DNA of 64,000 nucleotides, from assembly GCA_965203275.1 (NCBI GenBank), contig OZ241865.1, positions 832,001-896,000 on the forward strand. The letters are read 5' to 3'. Numbering within the stretch: the stretch's first letter is position 1; each line of letters opens with the position of its first letter. The notes under the pieces were generated by a model that saw only the letters and a list, made by a program, of their open reading frames with translations, made no database searches and had not been told where the DNA came from. Shown in pieces: positions 20,111 through 30,592 of the stretch. The position numbers and the translations under genes are program-made. Source of the stretch: Bdellovibrionales bacterium (lineage in GTDB: Bacteria > Bdellovibrionota > Bdellovibrionia > Bdellovibrionales > JAUICD01).

Positions 20111-23100
20111 ACTCAAAACACAAGGTTCACTGTCAAATAGACTGATGATCAAAGTCAAACAAAATATTTCTCGATCAACCAATATGAAAATTGACTTTGA
20201 AGACCCTCATTTTTTTAAACATTTCATCTTATCTGAAAAGTTTCAAAATAAATTTGTTTCTATAACAGATTCATTGATTGATCATACATTCAATCAAAAA
20301 GTTTACGTGATCTCTGGCACTCCAGGTGTTGGTAAGTCAACTTTTGCTTTATTGATCACTCGGTTACTTTCAAATAAGAATAAACAAAACCTGTTAAAGA
20401 TTATAGATCAACAAAAACATAATGCATCAAAAAAATTTATAAAAAACTATAACTTAATAAAGGCTCTGACTTACCTTCCTGTTTTTCTCCATGGTGATGA
20501 GGGTGAAATTGAAGATGCTTTTTATATGGCACTTAAATCTTCATTTGATTATTTGGGATATGAAAAAGAATTTGAAGAAGTATCTCAAAGTTCTTCTGTG
20601 AGGGCTTTAGAAATCATTGATCATTGGGAGAGTCATTATCCTCACAAATACAATGAGATGAAATCTTTTATCCAAGCAAAATGTGAGGATTATAAGGTTT
20701 TTCTTAAGTCACTTAAGTACAACAAAAGAAATGCACAAAAGCTATTTGCTCAAGCTTATAAACAAATAACAGGAGGGGCAAGCATGACTTCGTATAGGCA
20801 TGGTCAAGTGATAGACCTTTATCAAAATGCTTTGACTGTTTTAAAAAAGAAAAAAATAAATGGTATATTTATTGTTTATGATGAGTTTGGTAAATATCTT
20901 GAAAGAGGAGTTAAACAACCAAGTGCTTTTGATCTGCAATTTTTGCAAGATATGGCAGAGTCTTGTAATAAAAGCTCAGGTATGCATTTACTTTTGATCA
21001 CCCATTTACCTATCTCACAATATGCAGTTTATTTACCTACCACAGTTCAAAAAGAATGGACTAAAATTGAAGGACGCTTTTATCAGATGTCATTTAATAG
21101 CAGTTATGAATCCAGTTATACTGTTTTAGGTTCTGTTTTTGAATCTAATATACAAAAACAAAGCAAAGTATTTTGGCAAAAACTAAAAGTCTTTGTTGAT
21201 CAATGGATTTTACAGAACAAATCAACAGGTTGCTTTCCTGACTTATATAGAGTTCAAAAAATAACTCAAGTTGTTATGGGATGTTATCCTTTACATCCTT
21301 CTGTGTTGAGTCTACTGCCTTTACTCAGTGAGAAGGTCGCACAAAACGAACGTACATTATTTTCTTTTTTAACACAAAACGAAGAGTTTTCTTTAAATTG
21401 GTTTTTAAAAAGAAACACTCTTTTAGATAGTGATATGCACTTTATAGGACCTTATGAGCTTTATTTTTATTTTAAAAATACTATTGCATCTGATATAGGA
21501 ATAGGTGGAACTTATAGAATAGAACTTATGGCCAGTGAAGTTTTAAACTCATTAGATATTTCTCAGATATGTGAAAAAAATATCATAGCTTTGCTTGCTA
21601 TTGCAAAAGTCATTAATAACAAATCTATTATAAAGATCACACACTCTTCTTTAAAGAGTCTTTTATATGGTCTACATAAAGATATTGAAATTAATAAAGC
21701 AATTAAATATCTTCAACAAAATAAACAAATTATTTTTGACAAGGTTAGAAATGAATTAGTCCTCTTTGAAGGATCTTCCATTGATTTAAAAGAAGAGATA
21801 AATAAAGTAAAACAAGGTCATTTGACGACCTCGGGGTATGTTCATCTCTTAAAGAAGCACTTTGGTTTAAGCTTTGTAATCCCTAAAAAGTATAATTTTG
21901 CAAATGGAATAACTCGTTATTATAGAGAGAATATAATATCTTTAGAAGAATTAGAAGAACTAGAAAAACTAGAAGAAAAAAATTCAAGTGTTGATTATGC
22001 AAAGGAAGACGGCAGGGTTTACTATGTTATAGCATTTACAAATGCTGATATTTCGAAGATTAAAAACAAGCTTTGCAATATATATTTGAAGTCTTGTCTT
22101 TTTATTACTATCAATAGACCTCTTGAAATTGAATCAGAGTTATTAGAGCTACAAGCTATTGAAAGTCTTTATTCTCAAAAAGAGATGCTCACTTCAGGAC
22201 CCCTTGTGAAAAAAGAATTAGATCATTACAGACAGACAGTTAGAGACATTATTAAAAAATCTTTAAAGAAACTTTACTCAAATACACAGAGGGATGTTTC
22301 AGGATTTTATCAGGGTAAATGCTTAAATGATCACATCACACAATCTGTTGAAATTTCTGATTTGGTCAGTCACATTTGTGAAAAAGAATATAATAAATAT
22401 CCCCTGTTTTACAATGAGATGATCAACAAGCATAAGGCGAGTACTCCTGTTATTCAGGGTCGCATTCGCTTAATGCAAGCTTTTGATCGTTGTCATCTCA
22501 AGAGGTATGGCATTCAAGGAGGAGGACCTGAATTTGCTCTTTATAAAGCGTTATTAAGATCCAATGCTTTTGAATTTAAAGAAACTTCTGATAAATCAAA
22601 GTTATTTTTAGGGTTCAAAAAAGAAAGTGTATTGATTCCATTATTTGAAGATTTTTGTCATTACTTGAAAGCTTCTGAAAAATCACCTATTTTGATAGCT
22701 GATTTGATGGATCGATGGAGAAGACCTCCTTTTGGACTACGATTGCCATTGATTCCATTGTACTTAAATTTATTTTCAAGAATGGTTTCTTCTCCGATTA
22801 GTTTTTTTCACAATGGTGTCTTTGTTGGGAAAATCGATTTAGAATTATTTGAAAATTTAATGAAGCAACCTAAAAAATACAGTTTAAGAATGATTCATTT
22901 AGATGATGAAAAATTATGCTATCTAAAACAGTTGGTTGAAGTGTTTAGTAAGCCTATCCCTTACTTTCAACCTTTGACGGAGTTAAACTTTATAAGTGTA
23001 GCAAAAGTGATTTCACAATTTTATTCTTTAGTACCTGTTTATACCAGAAGGCATAAAAATTTAACAACAAGGCAGAAAAAGTTGGTTGCTGTTTTAGATG

Positions 23101-23918
23101 TATTTAGACAGCCAGAGACTTTTATTCTGGAAGACTTACCTCAAGTTTATACTCAAAAAGCTTATATGCATTTAAATAGAAATGAAAAGAATATTTTTTT
23201 GAATAATTTAGCAAATGATTTAGAGCAGATATTTTCTTTATATGTTCACTTGATTGAAAGGATAGCTCAACTGCAAAAGAATGCATTATTAAAGTTAAAA
23301 GTCATCAGTGGGTCGAAGGCTTTTGACGAGGTGAAGCAAGGATCACCTTTAGCCTTATATTGGAAAACTCTTTTAAATGAGTTTTCTGACGAGATTGTAT
23401 CATTCCCTTATAGTGAAAATACTTTGATGTTTGTTAATAGGATATTGCAATTGAGTAAAGATGCAAGCAATCAGTTAGTTGTGGAAAGTTTAGCAGATGC
23501 TCTGACAAGGGTTCACCCTAAGAGTTGGAGTGAGAAAGGTGAATCTTTATTTCAATTGAATCTTCAGAGAGCTGTGAGTGAGATAGAGCAGATTTACTAC
23601 TGGAAGTTAGGTGCCTTTGGTGATTTAGATGGTTTAGGTAGTTTAGGTGGTTTAGGTGGTTTTGAGGGGCAAGTAAAGCAAGTGATGATCTCAAGTTTTG
23701 AAAAGTCTGGCAAACTGGCAGTTAGGCAAATGTTAAAGTCAGATGTGTATTTAAAAAAGCATAAAAAGCTTATAGATTCTATTAGCCAGCTTATTGAACA
23801 TTTAGATGATCATGAAAAGAGTAGTGTTTTATTGGATATTCTAGGTAAAGTAAATAGTGAATCTTTTATACCATCAAAGATTACCCACAAAGCCAATATT
23901 GGTAAAAGCTGGGGTTAA
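20097..23918 (+). CDS. sspC: Large P-loop ATPase, SspC-like
   Basis: Walker A GTPGVGKS, Walker B VYDEFGKYLE, YPLHP, QNERTLFSFL, PPFG; overlaps sspB. Confidence 0.85.
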   Translation: MQNNKLKTQGSLSNRLMIKVKQNISRSTNMKIDFEDPHFFKHFILSEKFQNKFVSITDSLIDHTFNQKVYVISGTPGVGKSTFALLITRLLSNKNKQNLLKIIDQQKHNASKKFIKNYNLIKALTYLPVFLHGDEGEIEDAFYMALKSSFDYLGYEKEFEEVSQSSSVRALEIIDHWESHYPHKYNEMKSFIQAKCEDYKVFLKSLKYNKRNAQKLFAQAYKQITGGASMTSYRHGQVIDLYQNALTVLKKKKINGIFIVYDEFGKYLERGVKQPSAFDLQFLQDMAESCNKSSGMHLLLITHLPISQYAVYLPTTVQKEWTKIEGRFYQMSFNSSYESSYTVLGSVFESNIQKQSKVFWQKLKVFVDQWILQNKSTGCFPDLYRVQKITQVVMGCYPLHPSVLSLLPLLSEKVAQNERTLFSFLTQNEEFSLNWFLKRNTLLDSDMHFIGPYELYFYFKNTIASDIGIGGTYRIELMASEVLNSLDISQICEKNIIALLAIAKVINNKSIIKITHSSLKSLLYGLHKDIEINKAIKYLQQNKQIIFDKVRNELVLFEGSSIDLKEEINKVKQGHLTTSGYVHLLKKHFGLSFVIPKKYNFANGITRYYRENIISLEELEELEKLEEKNSSVDYAKEDGRVYYVIAFTNADISKIKNKLCNIYLKSCLFITINRPLEIESELLELQAIESLYSQKEMLTSGPLVKKELDHYRQTVRDIIKKSLKKLYSNTQRDVSGFYQGKCLNDHITQSVEISDLVSHICEKEYNKYPLFYNEMINKHKASTPVIQGRIRLMQAFDRCHLKRYGIQGGGPEFALYKALLRSNAFEFKETSDKSKLFLGFKKESVLIPLFEDFCHYLKASEKSPILIADLMDRWRRPPFGLRLPLIPLYLNLFSRMVSSPISFFHNGVFVGKIDLELFENLMKQPKKYSLRMIHLDDEKLCYLKQLVEVFSKPIPYFQPLTELNFISVAKVISQFYSLVPVYTRRHKNLTTRQKKLVAVLDVFRQPETFILEDLPQVYTQKAYMHLNRNEKNIFLNNLANDLEQIFSLYVHLIERIAQLQKNALLKLKVISGSKAFDEVKQGSPLALYWKTLLNEFSDEIVSFPYSENTLMFVNRILQLSKDASNQLVVESLADALTRVHPKSWSEKGESLFQLNLQRAVSEIEQIYYWKLGAFGDLDGLGSLGGLGGFEGQVKQVMISSFEKSGKLAVRQMLKSDVYLKKHKKLIDSISQLIEHLDDHEKSSVLLDILGKVNSESFIPSKITHKANIGKSWG

Positions 23919-24360
23919 GTTTCTTAAGCTATATAACTATATAGATGATTATGAAAAGAGTAGTGTTTTATTGGATATTCTAGGTAAAGTAAATAGTGAA
24001 TCTTTTTATACCATCAAAGATTACCCACAAAGCCAATATTGGTAAAAGCTGGGGTTAAGTTTCTTAAGCATTATAGCTATCTAGATGATTATGAAAAGAG
24101 TAGTGTTTTATTGGATATTCTAGGTAAAGTCAATAGTGAAACTTTTTATACCATCAAAGATTACCCACAAAGCCAACATCGGTAAAGGCTGGGGTTAGTT
24201 TTCTTAAGCATTATAGCTATCTAGATGATTATGAAAAGAGTAGTGTTTTATTGGATATTCTAGGTAAAGTCAATAGTGAAACTTTTTATACCATCAAAGA
24301 TTACCCACAAAGCCAATATCGGTAAAGGCTGGGGTTAGTTTTCTTAAGCACTATAGCTAC
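23803..24360 (+). repeat. Four tandem ~140-bp copies of the sspC 3' end
   Basis: Units start at 23803, 23942, 24082 and 24222 (TAGATGA.(C/T)ATGAAAAGAGTAGTG...GCTGGGGTTA). Confidence 0.95.
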
Positions 24361-24504
24361 CTTGAGTCTGATTATTTTACAGTTTATTTTTCTATAAAAA
24401 TCTCTTATAGATTAAGAAGATATATTATTATGTTTTTAGATTCTATTTCATCTTAAAAGTTGACAGCCTTGATCTATAAGGCTTAGATTGATAGTAACCA
24501 AATT

Positions 24505-25221
24505 ATGAATAAGGAGGTATTCATTTTGACATCAACATCTGCAAGCCCTACTTGCCCACTTGGTCAACATCATGTCAATAACCACATTCGTCGTATTGGA
24601 AAGGGAAAAGTAACTTATGTATCTGCTCATTGTCGCAGAAATCCTAAAGGTAAAGAAAAATTATTATATGCATCTAATATAAGGCACATTTATAATTCTC
24701 GTCTTCAAAAAAATTATCCTAAGTTACCTGCTATTAAGGGTTTTAAAGGATTTCATCAATATGATCCAATGATTCAATTTTGGACTGAGTATTGGAAAGA
24801 GAAAGGAAGATTAATAAAAGAGGTAGATCCTTTATTGATTAAGGCGATGATAGCATCTGAGTCAAGTTTTCAACCAGGAGTGAGGACCAGAGACCCTAAT
24901 AGCACAGCCACAGGGTTAATGCAAATTTTAGATACCACTTTAGGAATTCTAAAAGGATTACCTGATGAGAAAGGTTATATTGAAGTTGATGAATATCCTA
25001 TTTATTTAGAACCAGATGAGAGATTAGACCCACTTGTGAATATAGCTGCTGGTATCCGTTGGTTAGGTCATAAGATAGAAATACTTCCTCGTAGATACAA
25101 GCCCAAGGATATATCTCAACTGATATTTAATGGTGTTAAATATTATCATTCATGGACTTTAGAAGGAGAGAACCATGCCAAGAAAGTTTTTAGGTATTAT
25201 AATGAAACACTTAAACAATAG
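24505..25221 (+). CDS. SLT-domain lytic transglycosylase-like protein
   Basis: LLIKAMIASESSF (catalytic E), ATGLMQI, DPLVNIAAGIRWL; basic Cys/His N-terminus. Confidence 0.85.
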   Translation: MNKEVFILTSTSASPTCPLGQHHVNNHIRRIGKGKVTYVSAHCRRNPKGKEKLLYASNIRHIYNSRLQKNYPKLPAIKGFKGFHQYDPMIQFWTEYWKEKGRLIKEVDPLLIKAMIASESSFQPGVRTRDPNSTATGLMQILDTTLGILKGLPDEKGYIEVDEYPIYLEPDERLDPLVNIAAGIRWLGHKIEILPRRYKPKDISQLIFNGVKYYHSWTLEGENHAKKVFRYYNETLKQ

Positions 25222-25969
25222 TCATAATAGATTAAATATTATGAAGATTCAAAAATGCATGCAAATATTTCTTTTGATGATGACAACGATAGTCTTATTA
25301 TCATGTAGTCACTTTTTATATCATAAAAATAAAACTAAAACGACTTCAGATAAATTATCACAGAAAGTTTTTGTCGATGACAATGAAAAAACTCAGGAAG
25401 CTACAGAACAAGAAGATATCTATAAAATCTATGCTGAAGCTTATAGAGGGGTACGTAAAGAAATTTACTGTACTCCAGAGGACAAGCAAAAAGGTAAAAA
25501 AGAACTTGTAGATCACTTACATATTGCTTGTGGACTTACAAAAATTCAACCTACAAAAGATAAAACCCTAGAGATTCAACGTATTGTTTTAGGTATAGAA
25601 CGTCATAAGAGTTTCAAAGTTCAAATAGGACATCATCTTTTAATTTTAAAGTCTGGTAATAAAGTTTTAAAGAAAATACAAATAGAAAAAGATGGTTATG
25701 ATCCTTTTTGGTATGAAGTCGCTTTTGTGAAAATTAGAAAAGGTGTTTATTGGTCAGATATCAATAATGATAGTCATCTTGAATTTGCTGTATTAAGGAA
25801 AGATACAGGTAAAGCTGTGTATAGAACTGCTGATTTGTATACATTAAAAGATAATTCTTTTCATTTATATGGAAAGGGTAAGTATATATGGTCTATGGGT
25901 GGACATGTTTTGCTAAACTGTCCAGATTGTTGGGGAGCTGATCTAGAGGCCTGCAAAAAATGCCTTTAA
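25175..25969 (+). CDS. Putative lipoprotein (true start probably downstream of 25175)
   Basis: Hydrophobic stretch with LLSC lipobox; coupled to the SLT gene. Confidence 0.65.
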   Translation: MPRKFLGIIMKHLNNSHNRLNIMKIQKCMQIFLLMMTTIVLLSCSHFLYHKNKTKTTSDKLSQKVFVDDNEKTQEATEQEDIYKIYAEAYRGVRKEIYCTPEDKQKGKKELVDHLHIACGLTKIQPTKDKTLEIQRIVLGIERHKSFKVQIGHHLLILKSGNKVLKKIQIEKDGYDPFWYEVAFVKIRKGVYWSDINNDSHLEFAVLRKDTGKAVYRTADLYTLKDNSFHLYGKGKYIWSMGGHVLLNCPDCWGADLEACKKCL

Positions 25970-26124
25970 AGTATAAAAATAAACAGATGTCTTCACCTTT
26001 TAGTAATATTAAAATAGAAGCTCATATCGGTAAAAACTGGGGTTAATATTTGACCTTATTCCAAGGATTGCTTAAGATAAGCAATACACTTTAATTCTCA
26101 ACTATTACAAAAAGGGGCTAAGTT

Positions 26125-26946
26125 ATGGCTGGTTATTTAGATGTGGATAAAAAAGCTCGGCATATTGTGTCTCTGTCGGGTGGGAAGGACTCTACAGCCT
26201 TAGCTGTCTATCTTAAAAATAAAATCCCTCACGTAGAATATGTTTTTTGTGATACGGGTTCTGAACTGATTGAGACTTATGAATATCTCGATCGAGTCGA
26301 AGCTTATCTAGGCAAACCCATTGTACGCCTCAATAGTGGAAAAGTTTTTGAAGAATATCTCAATAAATACATGAATTATTTACCTTCCCCAATGGCCAGA
26401 TGGTGTACAGCAGAGATGAAAATTAAACCATACGAAAATTATATTGGCTCTGATAAATGTTATTCTTATATAGGGATCCGAGCTGATGAAAAACGGGAGG
26501 GTTATATTTCAAGGTTGCCTAATATTATACCTAAATATCCTTTTAAGGAAGACGGTATTGACCGTGCTGGAGTTTACAAAATCTTAGAAGACTCTGGCCT
26601 GGGACTACCAAAGTATTATGAATGGCGTTCAAGGTCAGGATGTTATTTTTGCTTTTTCCAAAGAAGTATTGAGTGGGTTGGATTGCTTGAAAGACATCCA
26701 AAGCTTTTTGAAAAAGCAGAGGAGTTTGAACGTATGGGATACAGAGGAGATCAAGTGAAATTTACCTGGGTGAAGGGCAGAACACTTGATTGGATCCGCC
26801 AAAACAAAGAGGCTATTAAAAAATCTCATAGAGAAAGAATGGAAAAAGCCTCTCGTAAAACAACTCACAAAAATATCCATGATGTATTTGAAGATGCCGC
26901 TAGCTTTGAGTCCTCTACAAAAGCTTGCGATATTTGCCATATATAG
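26125..26946 (+). CDS. sspD: PAPS-reductase-family protein, SspD-like
   Basis: SLSGGKDS, FCDTG, RWCTAEMK, GIRADE, RSRSGCYFCFFQ, C-terminal CDICH. Confidence 0.9.
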   Translation: MAGYLDVDKKARHIVSLSGGKDSTALAVYLKNKIPHVEYVFCDTGSELIETYEYLDRVEAYLGKPIVRLNSGKVFEEYLNKYMNYLPSPMARWCTAEMKIKPYENYIGSDKCYSYIGIRADEKREGYISRLPNIIPKYPFKEDGIDRAGVYKILEDSGLGLPKYYEWRSRSGCYFCFFQRSIEWVGLLERHPKLFEKAEEFERMGYRGDQVKFTWVKGRTLDWIRQNKEAIKKSHRERMEKASRKTTHKNIHDVFEDAASFESSTKACDICHI

Positions 26947-29016
26947 TTATTTGAGCCAGTCTTGATAAAGGGTGTCCCATATAGCATTGCCAAGAATCTC
27001 ACCTCTTTTGTCTACAGCACTTTCACTTAAATGCCCATCTTCTGCCATATCTTTAGTGCCGTAGTCCTCAGTGTCGTATGAGGTGATCTCTTTTAAGATT
27101 CCAAGATAAGGTAGTTCATCACTAGGATCATCTTTTAAGCATCTTTTATATTTTTCCTTTTTTTCAATAAATTTGCTATTGCTGACCTGACTGTTAATAA
27201 ATGGAGGAAGTAAAATCAGATTGCCAATTTGACCTATAGACTTATGGGCTTGAGGGATAATATGCTCCACTGTCCTATAATCATCACCATTCCACTCCTG
27301 CCATCTTAGAAATTGCTGTTTGGATTTTTTAAGAGATTTTGTCTCTTGATCAAAATGTTTATTGTGGAAAGCAATAAAAATAAGAAAGCGAGCTAATTTT
27401 GGGTTGTTATATATATCTACACCTTTAAAATTTTCAACCCATTTTTTCTTCATTTCATCTTCATTAATATCATCAGTCTTCTTTTTTCCTATATTTTTTT
27501 TAATTTTTTCTTTCAGTTTGTTTTTCATTTTATCTTTTAAAGAGATCACTTCATTTATATTAGAGAGTTCTTTGATAAGATCAGCATATTCTTTATCAAT
27601 ACCACCTGTTCCACCACCTGCAATACCTCTCCAAAGCCCTGTAAAGGCAACACAAATTTTCACTACTTCATCTAATTTTTCTGCATTGTCTGTATTGCTT
27701 TCTTTAAAATGATATAAAATAGGTAAGGGTCTATCATGTTGAATAGACTTTAAAAAGGCAAAACAGATTTGAGATTCTTCTGTTTTGAATAATTCAGACT
27801 GTTCTCTTTTTTCCCACTGATTAAGAATAAATGCATGTAAACAACGCATCTCTTCTAGGAAAGATTGTAATTTATTTTTATCAAATGTATTTTTATTCCC
27901 TATAATATCTAGCACCTTTTTTTTATCTCGAAAACTTGAAAATTTATCTTGTTTTAATCCCTCTGTCATAAGATTTAAGAAAAAGAGCAGGCGATCTGTA
28001 TATTTATTTTGTTTTATTTTTTTTATTTTTCTTTCACTTAGTGTTGTTTCAATAGCACCAAGCTTTTTTGCCTCTGTTTTATTTCTTTTGTGAACCAATG
28101 ATTTTAAAATTTCAAAAGCTGTTAAAGGCTCTCCTGTAGAATTCAAAGAATTAAATATATCTATAGCATAATCTTCTGCACCAGGACCTTGCACAAGCAA
28201 AAGGCAAAATTGACAAGATTTTAAGACATATTCTAATGATTTTATTGGATTTTTACTAATATCATGTTCCTTAAATTGGTCTGATATTTTGTTAAAAGTA
28301 TCCAGAGTGCTTTTATCTATAGGTGAGTCATAAGGTATGCAATGTAAAATAGATTTTTCTTTTTTAAAATCTTTCAAATCTTCTTTTGAATCTTCTGAAG
28401 AAGTACCATTACCATTTTCTCTATAGATTCTATCTTTAGTTAATTTTTCTTTTAGTTCTTCAACTTTCTCTTTATTTTTGCTTAATTGTTCTTTTAAATT
28501 ATCTCTCTTTTTTAATAATTCTTCGTGTCTTTGTAGTAATTCTTTTTTATCAGTATTAGTAGGGTTTGATTGTCCTATAGATTCTTTAAATATATCTTCC
28601 ATGCTTTTCTTTAATATATCAACTTCTTCTGTTATGTCTTGTTCGATATTTTTTATTTCTTCAAAAAAAAGTTTTAATAGAAGTAAAAGGGATGTGATTC
28701 GCTGTTGACCGTCAATGATTATATAAATATTATCGAGAGATTGTGCTTGAATATCTTTAGCAGCTATAATTGTACCTAGAAAAGCAGCCCTTTGATTTCC
28801 TTCTTTAATTTCTGTTATTGTATACTCTTTATTTTCTTTTATGGTATTAAGTAAGTCATTAAAATGATCGGCTTCCCAAGCATAAGGCCTTTGGTAAATA
28901 GGAATTTTAAACTTTCCTATTTTCAATAAATCCCCTAAGTTAATGAGTGGGCCTTGAGCTCCCTCCTCCCCTCCAAAAAAATAGATTTTATCTACTGTAG
29001 GTGTGTTGATACTCAT
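26947..29016 (-). CDS. sspE: DUF262 + DUF1524/HNH protein, SspE-like restriction effector
   Basis: IPIYQRPYAW, DGQQR, FNSLNSTGEPLTAFE, EHIIPQ...IGNLILL...N..SN. GAGGAG SD before MSINT. Confidence 0.85.
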   Translation of the reverse strand: MSINTPTVDKIYFFGGEEGAQGPLINLGDLLKIGKFKIPIYQRPYAWEADHFNDLLNTIKENKEYTITEIKEGNQRAAFLGTIIAAKDIQAQSLDNIYIIIDGQQRITSLLLLLKLFFEEIKNIEQDITEEVDILKKSMEDIFKESIGQSNPTNTDKKELLQRHEELLKKRDNLKEQLSKNKEKVEELKEKLTKDRIYRENGNGTSSEDSKEDLKDFKKEKSILHCIPYDSPIDKSTLDTFNKISDQFKEHDISKNPIKSLEYVLKSCQFCLLLVQGPGAEDYAIDIFNSLNSTGEPLTAFEILKSLVHKRNKTEAKKLGAIETTLSERKIKKIKQNKYTDRLLFFLNLMTEGLKQDKFSSFRDKKKVLDIIGNKNTFDKNKLQSFLEEMRCLHAFILNQWEKREQSELFKTEESQICFAFLKSIQHDRPLPILYHFKESNTDNAEKLDEVVKICVAFTGLWRGIAGGGTGGIDKEYADLIKELSNINEVISLKDKMKNKLKEKIKKNIGKKKTDDINEDEMKKKWVENFKGVDIYNNPKLARFLIFIAFHNKHFDQETKSLKKSKQQFLRWQEWNGDDYRTVEHIIPQAHKSIGQIGNLILLPPFINSQVSNSKFIEKKEKYKRCLKDDPSDELPYLGILKEITSYDTEDYGTKDMAEDGHLSESAVDKRGEILGNAIWDTLYQDWLK

Positions 29017-29186
29017 TATAATTCTCCTCAATTAATCCTTGAATTTTTCAAATGAAATAAATTATAATAAGTATGAAGCATAAATAAAAAACAAAGGCAA
29101 TAAATAACACGCTGTCACATAGAACATCAAGTCCTTTCAACAAGATGAAGAAAAAACATTTACAAGGGAGCATTTGCGATACAGTT

Positions 29187-30299
29187 ATGATTTACATAGA
29201 TAATAATGCCAGCACCAGGCTTTCAAAAAGAGTTCAAGATTATGTTCAAAACTCCATGACCTCTGCATTTGCTAATGCTTCCTCAGAACATATCCTCGGT
29301 CAAAATCAAAAACAAATCATAGAAGATGACAGAAAGTACATTGCAGAATATCTTAACGTGAGCCAAAAAAATATTTATTTTACTAGTGGTGCAACAGAAT
29401 CCATTAACAGCATTCTCAATCCTTTGTTTTTTCAAGACCAAGCTATTTCCACTGTGATCACATCTCCCCTAGAACATAAGGCTGTGATCAGTTGTGTGGA
29501 AAGACTGAAAAAATACAACATCAAAATACTTCATATTAAGAACGACTCTAATGGTATCCTATCCTTAGATCATCTTAAAGCCACAGTTAAAGCCAATCCT
29601 CAATCACTTGTGACTATCCTAGGAGTCAATAACGAAACAGGAGTCTACCAAGATATCAAGCAGATCACAGATATATGTAAGGAGTATGCATGTCTTATAC
29701 ACCTTGACGCTGTTCAGATGTTGGGTAAGGTGCAAGTAGATCTTTTAGACTTAGATGTTGATTACGCGAGTTTTTCTGCTCATAAGATAGGAGGGCTTAA
29801 AGGCATAGGAGTTATTTACATTAAAAATCCAGATCAATTTACCCCTTTTATGGTAGGTGGAGGGCAGGAGCAGAATATAAGAAATGGCACTTATAACGTA
29901 CATGGGATCAAAAGCTTGAGGCTAGCCCTAGAAGATACAAAACAATGGAATATTGTAAAAATGCAAGAATTAAAAGACATCTTTGAAGCTCAAGTGCAGA
30001 AGCTTCATTCTGAGATTCGTATCAACTGTAAAGATGCAAATAGAGTTTGCAATACTTCCAATGTTTTTTTTCCAAGCATTCCAGGTCCAGCTCTTCTTTT
30101 AAAGTTATCTTTAGAGGATATCTTTATCTCTCAAGGATCTGCTTGTAGTCCAGGGAGTACACAACCTAGTCATGTGATTTGTAGCTTAGGTTTTTCAAAA
30201 GATTATGCATCCTCTTGTGTGAGATTTTCTTTTGCATACGAAAATACATTAGAAGAAATAAATCAAACAATAAAAGTTTTAAGCAATCTATATAAGTAG
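29187..30299 (+). CDS. sspA: Cysteine desulfurase (IscS/DndA-like), SspA role by context
   Basis: IYIDNNAST, FTSGATES, NNETG, HLDAVQ, SAHK, SQGSAC. Start set at MIYID. Confidence 0.9.
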   Translation: MIYIDNNASTRLSKRVQDYVQNSMTSAFANASSEHILGQNQKQIIEDDRKYIAEYLNVSQKNIYFTSGATESINSILNPLFFQDQAISTVITSPLEHKAVISCVERLKKYNIKILHIKNDSNGILSLDHLKATVKANPQSLVTILGVNNETGVYQDIKQITDICKEYACLIHLDAVQMLGKVQVDLLDLDVDYASFSAHKIGGLKGIGVIYIKNPDQFTPFMVGGGQEQNIRNGTYNVHGIKSLRLALEDTKQWNIVKMQELKDIFEAQVQKLHSEIRINCKDANRVCNTSNVFFPSIPGPALLLKLSLEDIFISQGSACSPGSTQPSHVICSLGFSKDYASSCVRFSFAYENTLEEINQTIKVLSNLYK

Positions 30300-30592
30300 T
30301 TGCCTTTGAATACTGTGAATATAATGTAGCCTCTTTAGCTAGTTTTGACTCTGTAATGGTTTACTAAATAAATAATACTTTGTTAAAGATATTCAGCTAG
30401 CATTAAATAAAACAACAAAAATAAAAGAACAAATAGTCGGGGTTGCATTTTGTTGCAAGTGTGATAAACTTAAGTAAGATATCAAAGGAAGTAACAAAAG
30501 AAGTAATAAAAGGAAGCAACCAAACAACAAGCAACCTTAATAGCAACAGTCTTTAGACGATATTAATATTTTTTTAAAAAAGAGATCAATTT

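Noticed and set aside
23803..24360. sspC tail array as a CRISPR array or DGR template/variable repeat
   Set aside because: No spacers, differences are not adenine-specific, and there is no reverse transcriptase in the window.
19244..30299. BREX type 4 or Dnd assignment
   Set aside because: No PglZ, BrxL or DndB/D/E-like genes are present. The DUF4007 + ATPase + PAPS reductase + DUF262/HNH set fits Ssp.
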